Shown here in pieces: positions 1-11,434 of a DNA stretch of 64,000 nt. The stretch's first letter is position 1. Each line of letters opens with the position of its first letter. Position numbers and translations under genes: made by a program. This DNA comes from Auanema rhodensis (lineage: Eukaryota; Animalia; Nematoda): NCBI GenBank assembly GCA_964057225.1, contig OZ059896.1:18104001-18168000 (forward strand), written 5' to 3'. The notes beneath the pieces are model-generated. The model made no database searches, had not been told where the DNA came from, and saw only the letters and a list, made by a program, of their open reading frames with translations.

Positions 1-165
1 TTGTGTATAAAACGACGCCCTATCACGATCACTCATTTGTCCAGGTTCTAACTTTGTTAAGTTGGTGAATACCATACTGTCCTGAAAATAGCTAACTCTA
101 AAACTTGAACACCCTTTTCAAACCTGTACTGAGCTATCTGCTTGAGGATATATTAGATTGGGCAT
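1..165 (-). CDS. Partial spliced ORF running off the window start; possibly another divergent SXP/RAL-2-like gene
   Basis: Exons 124-165 and 1-81 are joined by a 42-nt GT..TTTTCAG intron and read MPNLIYPQADSSVQ|DSMVFTNLTKLEPGQMSDRDRASFYTQ. MSDRDRASFYTQ weakly resembles MSELAIKSFSDI / LSADCKKSFNEI in the neighbouring genes. Upstream exons are unresolved. Confidence 0.3.
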
Positions 166-1566
166 CTAAAACAAAATAAATCTAGTATATCTTTAAAACT
201 CATGTAAACTCTGTAAAAAGAAAAAACTAACATAAGAACAATATACAAATCAGCTTCGCAAGTAATGTAGCCACTAGAAATTGATACAAATTCGCAAATG
301 AACAAAGTAAAGTCAGAACTACTTATAACTATATTTCTCAAATAGATGAACATATGTATCTCAATTTCTTTTTTGAACTTTTCAATTCCTCCAAGAAAAC
401 TCTCTTCACGTTCTTACACAGTCAATACTAAGAATATCCTCAAAACATAGTCTCATACAACTAAACTTTGCACGATATTGTTTAATTTAACTGTTGTCTG
501 GAGCATGTGCTCATTCCTTCCTATCCGTTGAATTTATGCTGTGGTGAAATCGCTTTCTTAGAGATAAAAAATTACCCTGGCAAAATTCTGGTGAGTGTGC
601 TCCTAATTACAATAACTTGGTTCCACATTTTAAAATTAAAACCACATCTTTAAATTAAACTACTCGAGCTCAAACTATCAATTATGGAAGTTTGGAAAGA
701 ACAAGAAACAGATAAGTTCGAATAACTTCTTTTCTCGTAGTTTACACTGCGTATTGAATTGTACAAAAATTACTACAGTATGAATTATGATCTGTCGGAT
801 AGGTCAGAAAAATAGCCAAGGGCCACATACAGAAGTAATAAGAAACAATTTGTATAGAAACAAGTTTAAGAATTTAAAAAAATTGATACATGCGATACAA
901 AGGTGAACATATTGAAATATTAGCTGTGATTAGATGTTATGTTGAATACCAAAAATAGGCGGAATACGAATAAAATATCAATTAATGGAAGTAATATATT
1001 GATACTATCAGATCATAGAAGAGCACAACAGTCAAATTGTTCATAGATAGGAATGATAATTCAATTAAAAGTTAAGAGCGTTATCATTTCACGTAAAATT
1101 GACGTGATGATTAACATATTGTTTTCTTTGTTATAATGGGTTTGTCTATTGAATTGATTCTTGGTTAATGACCAATTTGATGAAAAAAAAATTCGTTCAC
1201 GATATTTTCGTAGACAATACATAGAAAATATAAAAAATAATCACAAATTGTGAAAATATTTCAAAATTCTTTAACCTTATTTTGATATGGCATTATCGTT
1301 ATGGCGTCATCGTATTTTAATAGCTGATTATATCAATAACATATACAGACATACATGCGTGCATATAAGTCAGACACATGATATGTGCATACTTGGTATT
1401 GTTATTTTACGAGAACTATTGATATTAACACCTGAGTAATATCGGTACAATCATTCATTTTTCACTTTTTTTTTAAAATCAGTATAGCTTTAACAAAGAC
1501 ATTATATTCTTTATTACAATAACATTTTAACTATATTACGAACAGTTAATTTCATTGTTCCATATT

Positions 1567-3214
1567 CTACTCGTAGTCGTCCTCTTCAGCTGCCTTGTTC
1601 TTCTTATTATTTTTCTTATTGTTCTTGTTGTTCTTTTTCTTATTTTTGTTGTTGTTGTTGTTGTTTTTTTTGTTTCCATTATTATCAATTATAGGATCAC
1701 TTAAGATTTCGTCGGCAGTCTCAACAGCTGTAGCCATACCAGAAGTTTCTTTCACAGGGAATGGAAGAATCTGTACTTGAGGCCTCACCTTAAAAAACAA
1801 TTTCATTAATTAATACTTTAGTATCTACCTGGCTAATAGTTTGTCCATTGAATGTATTCTGATTGTGGAAGGCCGACTAAAACAAAACAATGTTCTTCGA
1901 TTTCATAAACAAACTCATACTCTATATCTGTTGAAAGCATCAGTTGTATTTCTATGAATATCAGCTAAAATTAAAGCGAAAATCTGGAATTAGGTTTTGC
2001 ACATCAATCACGTACAACCAGATATATCGTTAAGCTTACACGGCTACTATCAGGATGTCTAGAGAAAATATCAGCTTGACCCTTGATGAGATCAGTTAAA
2101 TTCTGATTTTTATTAGCTACCAAAGTTTTGAATTCAGCACTGATTGATGGCAAATCAGCAACAATTCTAAAATAAAAAGAAATAGTTATTGTACAGTACA
2201 TTTACAAACGCATACTTTTCTTTCTTTTTTTGGTCAATTCTAATTCTAATTTAGAGCTAGATCTTCTTTGTATGTTTAAAATTAGGTAAATACTCAAAAC
2301 GTCTGTATATGACTCATTCCCGAAAGAAATTACGTTAAAATATTTGTTTTACGTGTATTGTTTCCACGCCAATAATCTCTCTCTCTCTTACTATCTTTGT
2401 ATTATGAATTTTCTTATGAATCAAGCTTACTTATCCAATCGTTGAATCTGTTCCTGACCAATTCCAGTCATTTTGTCGAGCATAGCTTGCAATTTTGACT
2501 GAAGTACATAAGTTTAACTGTGAAAATCTCATATAATTACTTACTGATTGGTTGCATTTTTGGCCCCATTCTACTAACTTCTGCTGAATAACATTAAAGG
2601 TGGAAGACATGCCACTTTTTTGAATTTCATTAAAAGATTTTCTATAATTCATATTTTATTATAATAACTATGAGATACTTCGATCTTACTTGCAATCAGC
2701 AGAAAGGTTTCCGAACATTTTGTCCATAACATTCTGGGAATATTGAGAGATCATGCTTTGGAATTCCTTATTTTTTTCAAGATTCTAACAAAGATTACTT
2801 TGTATTTTTTTAAACTTTTTTTCATACCTTAAGCTTATCGACAAGTTTACCGCTGTCCAACTTCAACATATCATTGGCAATGAATTCTTTTTCGAAAATG
2901 TTGGACAAGTTTTTGTTTTTGAAACCTTCTGCGATATTTGTAAAGTTGACTATAAACTTGTTGGAGTCTTGGTTGAAGTTAAGTTTGTCAATGTATGGAA
3001 TTGGTGCGACAGATGCTCCATTACCACCAGTTAGCTTGTTTAAATGTGCTGCACCAGCACTTTGAAGACTACTAAATATGACAACAAATGAAAAATGAAT
3101 ATCAAGAAGAGACATATTTGCATAAAAAGTGTAAAAAAGTTCAATTTACCTCACTAATTTATTGAAATCACATTGCACACTGACGACCAGAAGTGATAAC
3201 AATACAGCCCGCAT
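1567..3214 (-). CDS. Secreted divergent SXP/RAL-2 (DUF148)-like protein, ~341 aa, 9 exons, Asn/Lys-rich then acidic C-terminal tail
   Basis: Exons 3150-3214, 2828-3068, 2690-2784, 2545-2641, 2431-2498, 2040-2166, 1921-1983, 1829-1876 and 1567-1788 are all GT-AG and in frame. Signal peptide MRAVLLSLLVVSVQC. The core NLSADCKKSFNEI...LVEWGQKC...IVADLP...NKNQ...HPD aligns by eye to the paralogue at 16485-17076 (NINEDARKEYMEI...INEWATKN...IVNTLP...NKDQ...NPE). Confidence 0.75.
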
Positions 3215-3554
3215 GGCTAAACAAAAACCAAAATATCAGAAAAAGAAGTTGAAAAATAATAATGAGATATATGATTAAGTATATTAATATATATATTTGT
3301 TCAATAAATATATAAAGTTTCATATTATATTTACTAAAAAATACTAGGCTGCTGTCTGATTAATGGCGTTGAAAAATCTTTTTATAGTATTTCACCAATG
3401 GATTATTGAACTGAATTTTTTGAGATAAATCAGATTGAAATAAAAGAAAGTTTTTTTAACAACTAAATCAGTAGAGAGATGAATGAAGAGAATTTTTAAA
3501 TTAGATATTAACTACGGATTAAGTTGAACATACACATATCATCGCACAATATGT

Positions 3555-5125
3555 TATAAATCCTGCAGCATGGAGAAACGTGATGAAAGGAAAAAAAAGT
3601 TTTCTAGTTCAAAGTTTGAAAGATATTTGGGTACACAATTAAAAGTAAAAACATTTTTTTCATATAGTTCATGAACCTGAAATTAGAGAAATTTAAACTT
3701 GGAATCAACTTGTCTTTCTCTTCTGTTTTATACATGATCATATTCAGCTTGTATCAAGTGGTATATCCAGGAAAAGTAATTATTCATTGTAAAAATTTTT
3801 GTTTAACTTTTTATTAAAAAAATTTCATTTTCTTGATTCAACATTTTCTTTTTTTTTTCAAATTATATTTAATCTTGTCAATTATATTTTTATTTCTGAC
3901 AACTATGTGTAGTTAATTCATGAGTTTAATCTTTCATTTAATCTTCAATAATCGAACATCTGAATCATACGAACATGATTAATCCATATTATTAAAATGG
4001 ATTTCATCTTTTAAACTGAGTATAAGTGTACCTGAAACATAATTCTAAAATATATTTATTTTTCATTTGAGGGTAAAAAAAAAAGAAAAAAACTAATTGA
4101 TTTTCGAAAATATCTGAAAATCTAATTTGTATTTAGTTTGTTTTCAATATAGTTTTTATTATTTATAAAATGTTTTCAATAATAAATACTTTTAGTTTCT
4201 TTTTATAATATTATTCTATTGATATATGTATTTATATATTAATATTAATAGATATATACTTATATTTTTCAGGATTCAATGTTATAAACTTCTTTTTCAT
4301 AATATTATCATTGACTTATATTATTTATGTCAAAATAATATTTTTCTTTTTTACAAATTCTTCAAGACCCTTTTTCACATAAATATAACTTTCTTTCTTA
4401 TTTTTACCATAAAAACGGTTTCATTTCAAAGTGTTATTGAATACTCCAAGATATCGTCAACAGAAAAATCTAAAATTTGATTTGATAAAAGTTCAAAAGG
4501 CTGAAAAATCTTCTAAAAATACTGAAAGAAAAAATTTTTATGATATATAAACATAAAGAATATTTAATAATAATAATCATATATATTATGTAAAATAACT
4601 ATCATAAGATCTTAGGAAAATCATATTTTTTCATTAATAATATAATGAAATAACTTTTGATCTCTACTTCACACACCTAAAACATTTTTGATCTGAAACT
4701 GAAGCTCATTGAACTTAATGAACTTTCATGTTTTAAATTTTTTTTTGTGTTTTTGTGACTTTATTTATTTTATCCGTTACATACACAATGACATATTCTC
4801 TTTCTATACAAAAGGAAAGTTTTTCAAAAAACCAATTAACCAATTCAGAATTTTAAGATTTTTCTTTTACTTTCTCTTAGTCATAATAGAAAATGAAAAA
4901 TTATTTATTTTTCTATAGAAAAACAGTGTTTTACTTCCCCATTTACTTTAGTTGATACTATAGGTTGAGCTGACTCATTCGAATAAGTGATATCCTTGTT
5001 CGAAGAGGATTACTTAGAGTCTGACTGAGCTGTTTGTATAAGCGCAATGAAAATAGATGAGCTTTGGAATGAGATTCTTCTGATTTCACTATTATAATTC
5101 TCCTAATATTAATTGTCAATAATTC
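3555..5125 (-). pseudogene. Decayed multi-exon gene of unknown family
   Basis: A series of TTTCAG/TTTTAG acceptors (~5125, ~4501, ~4032, ~3676) is followed by coding-like blocks (e.g. PFELLSNQILDFSVDDILEYSITL*NETV; TLILSLKDEIHFNNMD*SCSYDSDVRLLKIK*) broken by many in-frame TGA/TAA. Boundaries are approximate. Confidence 0.4.
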
Positions 5126-5409
5126 TAAAATTATAATAAAAAATAGAAAGAATTACTTTCTAATAAAGGACAAATAAATAAAAAACAATACTGAAATTAT
5201 TTACTTGTGCTTATATACATACATATATTATATAGCCATAATCTATTATATTTCTTAAATATAGTAATATATTTGTTAAATTAAAATAATATATACACAA
5301 AATCCTTTAACATAAAATTCTTATATTGATTTATTTATTAAGTACGTTGGTTGTCGTAGTTTAGACTTTGCTAGAACAATTGATTATGCTCTCTATGATA
5401 TATACATAT

Positions 5410-5801
5410 TATATCTGCGAATGATTATCGTTTGTTCAAAAGCTCAAAAGTTCGATAATTATGTAGATTATCGACTATTTTTCAATTATCGGGTTTTCGA
5501 GTTTTTTACTTTTAACTAGAAATGATCCAGTCTTATGCTTCTTGGATATTTCTGTTTTTGAAAAATTGAATCACATTGTTTTAGGGTAAAACATTTGTCA
5601 TATTTCGAATATTGGAAATCAAAATTGAACTGAAAAAAACAAAAAATTTAAGAAAAATCCCAAAAACAAGTAACAAGAGGAATGATAAATTAAAATGATC
5701 CGGTCGGGGGTCATAAGATCCGCAGTACATTTTACGGATCCGGATCTAGCGAAATACCGCAATATTGCGGTTTTTCCAGATCTATCGATTCGACAACCCT
5801 G
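5410..5801 (-). mobile_element. Non-autonomous DNA transposon (hAT-like MITE), copy A
   Basis: ~5516-5743 is a near-identical inverted copy of ~15059-15287. Terminus CAGGGTTG at 5801, GATCCG/ATCG-rich subterminal repeats, and ATACATAT at both 5402-5409 and 5802-5809 (possible 8-bp TSD). The left terminus is not recognisable. Confidence 0.6.
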
Positions 5802-5957
5802 ATACATATATATGTACATACAGTTCAGATATTGTATAAGACTAAGAGAAAGATCAAAATCTTTTGGTAGATAATCTTAAACTAATCTTAAGCTTTATTC
5901 CGAATTATATTGTTTGTTAACAATTGTTATTTAACAAGTGCATTGATGATTCAGAAA

Positions 5958-6027
5958 GAGGAGGAGATCGTTGGGTGGAGTTTGTATGTATATGGACTTC
6001 TCGGCCAGTATTAGAATAGTATATAAA
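5958..6027 (+). promoter_or_regulatory. Core promoter (G-rich box plus TATA) of the 6204 SXP-like gene
   Basis: GAGGAGG...GTGGA...TATGG...TTAGAATAGTATATAAA. The same ordered motifs occur on the minus strand at 14828-14905, upstream of the paralogue starting at 14752. Confidence 0.5.
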
Positions 6028-6203
6028 GCGAAGAAATGGCTAAGGAAATTACAATTCAATTTATTCAAGTTTTTAAAATATAAATATTATATCTTTTTAA
6101 CAAAACTATAACTTTTATTTAACTTATACACATGAAAAACACAAATTCTTTTTCTTTTTTTCCCTCTTTCAATTCCAAAATATTTTCTTTTTTTCAGTTA
6201 AAT

Positions 6204-7644
6204 ATGGTTTATAAACCACTTATCATCACTATTCTAAATTTTCTCTGGTTGTTTTCAACTACACATGGGGCACCAGCATTCTCTGAAGAACATGGTGGAT
6301 CTAGTTTGAGAAGTCTAGGAATGATTTCATCGGGAAGTATAAACTCAGCAGGAGATTTAAAAGGCTCCACTAACCTAAGCAGTTCAAGAGGATTTCTTGG
6401 TTCAGGACGACCATCAGGACTCGGAGGTGGCGCTTTAGAAGGCGGCATCAAGTCCACAAATGCAGGTGGAGCTGGCTTAGGACGACCATCAGGGCTCGGA
6501 GGTGGCGCTTTAGAAGGCGGCATCAAGTCCACAAATGCAGGAGGAGCTGGCTTAGGACGACCATCAGCACTCGGAGGTGGCGCTTTAGAAGGTGGCATCA
6601 AGTCCACAAATGCAGGAGGAGCTGGCTTAGGACGACCATCAGGACTCGGAGGTGGCGCTTTAGAAGGGGGCATCAAGTCCACAAGTGCAGGTGGAGCTGG
6701 CTTAGAACGACCATCAGGACTCGGAGGTGGCGCTTTAGAAGGGGGCATCAAGTCCACAAATGCAGGAAGAGCTGGCTTAGAACGACCATCAGGACTCGAA
6801 GGTGGCGCTTTGGAAGGCGGCATGGGAAAGTCAACTAACATGGAAAGAACTCGTTTAGAACGTTCAGCAGTGCTCGGTACTGATACTTCAGAAGGTGATA
6901 TGAATAGATCAATCAATTCAGGAAGCACAGACGATTCTATAAACGAAGGAAACCTTGACTTAAGTATTGGCTCTATTGCACCAGTTAGCATTACAGATTC
7001 TATCGAAGAAAAAGATATGGATGGATTAGACATCTTAGCACCATCATTGGCAGGCCTTACTGGTTCTGGTATTTCGATCGGAATTCTAGGTCTTCCGATT
7101 CGTATTCAAGATATTCCATTCCTTCGCGATATGTCAGAACTAGCAATCAAATCATTCTCAGATATCATAACAACAAAAAATTCTTCAATTAGAGAAAGAT
7201 ATCAACAAATTCGTGATTGGGCAAATCAGTATGGTATTAGTCCAGTTGTAGATACCTATTTTGCTCAGCACACAGCTCAAACTCAACAACATCTTCGGAA
7301 AGCCTACAAGACTTTTAGCCTTTCACCAGATTCAATCCAACAAATCAACAATATTCTAAGCAACTTAGATCAAACACCTGATCATACAAAGTCGGATTTA
7401 TCTGAGCTTTCAAAAACAGATCCAAAAGTAAGATAATTAGTATTATGAAATCAAAATTAAAATTAATCTATTTCCTTTTCAGGTTGGTAAAGTTATAGGA
7501 TATTTGCTTAATGCAAGATCCAAAATGAATTCTAAGAATGGTGCTCACAATAAGATGTTCAAAGGTAATAAGCGAATGAGAGGAATGAGCCCACAAGGAC
7601 GTAAAGGAAATTTGCGTGATCATAGTAGAGAAGATATGGCTTGA
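6204..7644 (+). CDS. Secreted SXP/RAL-2 (DUF148/ANIS5)-like protein with N-terminal Gly-rich 25-aa repeats, 461 aa, 2 exons
   Basis: ATG 6204 follows TTTTCAG. Signal peptide MVYKPLIITILNFLWLFSTTHG|AP. Exons 6204-7427 and 7483-7644. Family motif IPFLRDMSELAIKSFSDI...IRDWANQYGI...ILSNLDQT...DPK. Confidence 0.85.
6405..6920 (+). repeat. Coding 75-bp tandem repeat (GRPSGLGGGALEGGIKSTNAGGAGL)
   Basis: Units start at 6405, 6480, 6555, 6630, 6705 and 6780. Five are near-identical, followed by progressively degenerate ones. Confidence 0.95.
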
Positions 7645-7940
7645 ATCATCATTACCAATTACATACGATTTGAATCAAATTTAATTTAAATCAACATTCC
7701 ATTAATAATATTATATTTGATAAATATATATTAATATGTTATATTCAAAAAAGAAAATATTTTAAGTTTGATACAATTAAGACCAAATATGAAAATTTGT
7801 TGTAATTGAATTGTGTACCTATATTTTTCCAGAAAATACAGTATAATCAATCAATCAATATTTATTAAATAACATTACTTTTGTTATTCAATAGACGACA
7901 ATTCAGCATAAAAACTGTTCCAAAAAAAAAAACAAAAAAC

Positions 7941-8509
7941 TTAGAACTTTCCTTGGAATTTCTTCTTCTGTTCTTCACTGATTACTATTTCTTGGAAAAT
8001 TGCTGACTTGGGTAGAGTTTGAACTTTAGATAAAACAATTTGAATAATTTCAAAAGCCTATAAATATATATAATTAGTGGTTATGCAATACTTATAAAAC
8101 ATACTCTTGGATACTTGATGTATAAATCTAGAAGATGGCTCTGCATTTCAGCTATATCCTCATATTGATTCTCAATTCGTAGCATTTCTTCGAACACTTT
8201 TGGTACTTGTTTGAAAAAATTCATAACGTCTTCATTTTGTCCTCTCATTAAATTGACAACTCTATCATGTGCAACTTGAAATTCTTTGGTTATATTATGC
8301 TTTTCAGCAAATAACATGATTTTCTTTTCTTTCTCTTCGTTGTTCATGTTATGTTCTTGTAAAGTTTGAGATATTTCTTGAATATCTTGTTTAGACAAGT
8401 TGGAAACGATATGTTGAATCTCATCAGCAAAGAAATCATCAAATCCTTTAAGAGGAGCACAAGAAATAGTCGAGACAAAAATGAAGAAAGATATATACTT
8501 TAACATCAT
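7941..8509 (-). CDS. Secreted SXP/RAL-2 (DUF148)-like protein, 173 aa, 2 exons
   Basis: Exons 8105-8509 and 7941-8057. Signal peptide ends ...TISC|AP. Motif NLSKQDIQEI...IMLFAEKHNI...KYPR. Phase-0 intron after the P-x motif, as in the paralogues. Confidence 0.8.
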
Positions 8510-9212
8510 TTAACCTGAAATATTGTTTTATTATAAATAATATAATTTATAAAAGAAGTAAGAAGTAAAAGTTAAATAAATAAAGATAAACAACACAGAA
8601 ATGTTATACAATTTTAGTTAAAATAAAGAATATATGAAGTTTAGTCAATAGATATAAAACAAAAACAATATAAAACTACTATATAGAACCTTTTATACAA
8701 AAGTTTTAAAAACAATTATTGCAATTTTATAAATATAATCGAAATATTATTGTTTTGACTCATATTTTAAAAATGTTTCATCAATGAAATTTATTGAAGT
8801 TGTCATGAACGGTATGCATGAATATATAAGATGTATAAAGAATTTTGTTGATATAAATCTATAATGAAATTATTTAATATTTGATTATTGATTGTTTTAT
8901 ATTAAATGTTCTATTATATAGATATGCTGATTAATTACTTGGCCAACTATGAGAAACTTGAGTGTTCCATGTATCCGTGGTGCAATTTCTGTATTCAAAT
9001 ATCTTCTAGCTTGTTAACATGAACCATCTCATATTTTTTTCTTTTTCCATTTAAAGTATATTAATCAGATCCTTGGGAGCACCTCCAAACAATCATGTAT
9101 CAACTGGTCTGAGCTGATCACAAGAGCTGATCACATAAATGCTTTTTTCCGATCACCCCCATAAAGACATTACTCTTCGGTTCTAGTGCAGCTCTGCCAA
9201 ACGGCGCATGGT

Positions 9213-9347
9213 TTTTTAATATTAATTATTAGTTGTATATAGTTTGATGATACAGTATCAGAATTATTATTTTATTTAAAGATACTATCTATACTGATTA
9301 AAATAAAATAATTGACTCTAGTTTCGTAAGCCCCGCCCCTTTTGACA
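9213..9347. repeat. 135-bp direct repeat, copy 1
   Basis: Identical by eye to 12181-12315 (TTTTTAATATTAATTATTAG...GCCCCGCCCCTTTTGACA). Confidence 0.9.
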
Positions 9348-9827
9348 TTTTTTTTCTCGTTTTTCGTTATGGATGTAACGCATATGCGCCACGTCCTTCT
9401 TTCTCATTTTGAAAGTGGTGTTTCTGCTCATGAAGCTCACCGAAACGTTGTTGCACGACAACGCGCGCCCTCACTGTTGTGCGAAGGCACAGCAAACGCT
9501 CCAGGAGCTGAATTGGGAAGTTTTGAAGCATCCCCCTTACTCTCCAGATCTTGCCCCAACATATTATCATCTTATCATCTGTTCAGGTCAATGGAGCATA
9601 GTTTGAGAGGGGAAAGCTTCAAAAATTTAGGAGAAGTTGAACAATTCATTAAAAAATTTTTCGAGTCTAAATCTAAAATATTTTTCAGAAATGGAATAAG
9701 AAATTTGAAGAAGAGATGGGAGAAAGTGATCGAAAGCGAGGGACAATATTTTCAGAAATAAATTCTTTTCTTTTATAACAGTTTTTTTGATTTTTTTGAC
9801 ATGACACACTAACTTACACACCTAATA
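9348..9827 (+). mobile_element. Internally deleted mariner (Tc1/mariner) element
   Basis: The N-terminal MDVTHMRHVLLSHFESGVSAHEAHRN is fused out of frame to LLHDNARPH...WEVLKHPPYSPDLAP and FRSMEHSL...GIRNLKKRWEKVIESEGQYF. An 8-bp duplication TTATCATC causes a frameshift. The 3' TIR-like end is ...CACACCTAA-TA. The 5' TIR is missing, and the 135-bp repeat abuts that end. Confidence 0.9.
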
Positions 9828-10354
9828 TTAAACAATACCGGTGTTTAGTGGTGGAACATCATCTTAGAGTGATTTTCTATACAATTATGTTCATTTATAT
9901 TCATTTTTACGATCTCTATTTATGTTTCGGAATCCTATGCTTTAGTATTGTTGTGATATTACCCTTCTACTCGATAACTTTATTAACCGTAGAGGTGAAC
10001 CATGCTCATTGGTTAGCACAGAGCTCGCAAACACCTCGTAGACTTTCGGCCGCAACAGAAACGTACGCATAAAAGCATCTGACATACCAGGGAGAATCAA
10101 CCTAACCGCAAACCTTTGATATAATAAAACAAATGAAAAAACCCTACTGTGTCCGAGTATATCAGCTCTTCCAGACGTTTGGTTTCAATATATTGTACAT
10201 ATTTTAACAAATAGGAGGGTGGGGGCTAGTAATGAAAAAAGAAAGAAGAGCCATTATAATATATATTATAATAACTTCTTGATGAATAAAGAGAAAGACC
10301 CAGAAAATAACCAAATTTATATTCTACCTTCAACAAAACAATACAATTTCAGTT

Positions 10355-10773
10355 TCAATATATTCCATTTCTACATTTTTTCACGAATGAATGCGACGTA
10401 TCAATAAATTTTTTGTTCACGTAATGCTTTATATTCTCAAGAATTCTTTCCACTTCATATGGTTTTATTTCTTCATCGAAAGAGTTATCGATTCTGGCAT
10501 TTCCATCTGTCAGAATATCAATTTCACGAACTATTCCATCTACAACAGTTGCCATTTTGCTTAAAGTTCCACGAACAGAAGTAATTATTCCGTAAATCTG
10601 AAAAATAAATTTATAAATCTCGAAATGAATTATAACATTCTTACGCCTTTTTCGTAATGAATAATATGTCCAAGTGCAAAATGCTTGGTAAGATGCTGTA
10701 TAGCCATAAACGCAGTTTTATATCCTACAGTTTTAACAACGGCAGCCGTTGTCACTGTTGCAAATGTCAACAT
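10355..10773 (-). CDS. LRAT/NlpC-P60-like pseudoenzyme, 123 aa, 2 exons, catalytic residues absent
   Basis: Exons 10645-10773 and 10355-10597 (47-nt intron). ARIDNSFDEEIKPYEVERIL and SFVKKCRNG align to the paralogues (RICNSLDSSFKPYSAEEIV, HFANWCRYG). IYGII replaces HxGII and TSHSF replaces NCEHF. Confidence 0.65.
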
Positions 10774-10927
10774 TGTTGTTTCTTTACTAGAATTTAAAGA
10801 AATTCGATAATAAACTGTGATACAATAACTCAAAACAAAAGATACGTAAGGTAGCACAAGACTGATTGATGGTAAATCTAAATAATAAAAAATCATTTAT
10901 TTTGTTTTTTATACGAATTAATTGTTA

Positions 10928-11434
10928 TTACGAGACAGTCGATCCTTTTGCAATTAAAATTGCTGGAATACTTACTGGTGCGGTCAATATTGCTAGAGCA
11001 GCCTGATTGCTAATACTCTTTCCGTACCTACACCAATTGGCAAAATGTTCACAGTTATTGGTTAAGGTATTGTATTTGAACGATCCAAGTTTGTTCTTTG
11101 CCCTCCTAACTATTTCTTCGGCGGAATATGGTTTAAAACTGCTATCCAGACTGTTACAGATTCTAACATCGTTATTGTCAGCATAATCTGAAACCCGCTG
11201 TCTAATAGCTTTATCCTCATTAGTCACATGAATCATGTAATCATCTTCTCCGTCGAATTCCACAATTATACCTCAATGCTAAAATATCAAAGTAAAGTTT
11301 ACAACTATATTTAAACAAATACTTACATGGTAGAAAAAGTTGATTTCAATTTCGACACGGCTTCCAATTAATTCTTTCGTCGGAAAAATATCAGTTAATT
11401 GATGAGCTTCACAGTAATTTGAAAGTAAGACCAT
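10928..11434 (-). pseudogene. LRAT/PLAAT-like gene with in-frame TGA next to the catalytic His
   Basis: Exons 11327-11434 and 10928-11278 (48-nt intron) read ...FFYH|H*GIIVEFDGEDDYMIH...YNTLTNNCEHFANWCRYGKSISNQ. The TGA at 11273-11275 sits where TGG (HWG) is expected. The rest of the frame is intact. Confidence 0.75.

Noticed and set aside
6132-6203. ORF-track start at 6132
   Set aside because: It runs through a poly-T/TTTTCAG acceptor; the signal peptide begins at ATG 6204.
6209-7033. 274-aa Pro-rich antisense ORF
   Set aside because: It is the shadow of the Gly-rich repeat gene on the plus strand, which has the signal peptide, splice sites and family motif.
10005-10225. Possible small spliced ORF PPPSYLLKYVQYIETKRLEELIYSDT|VDSPWYVRCFYAYVSVAAESLRGVCELCANQ on the minus strand
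   Set aside because: No start codon or upstream exon could be joined and no family is recognisable; it needs RNA data.
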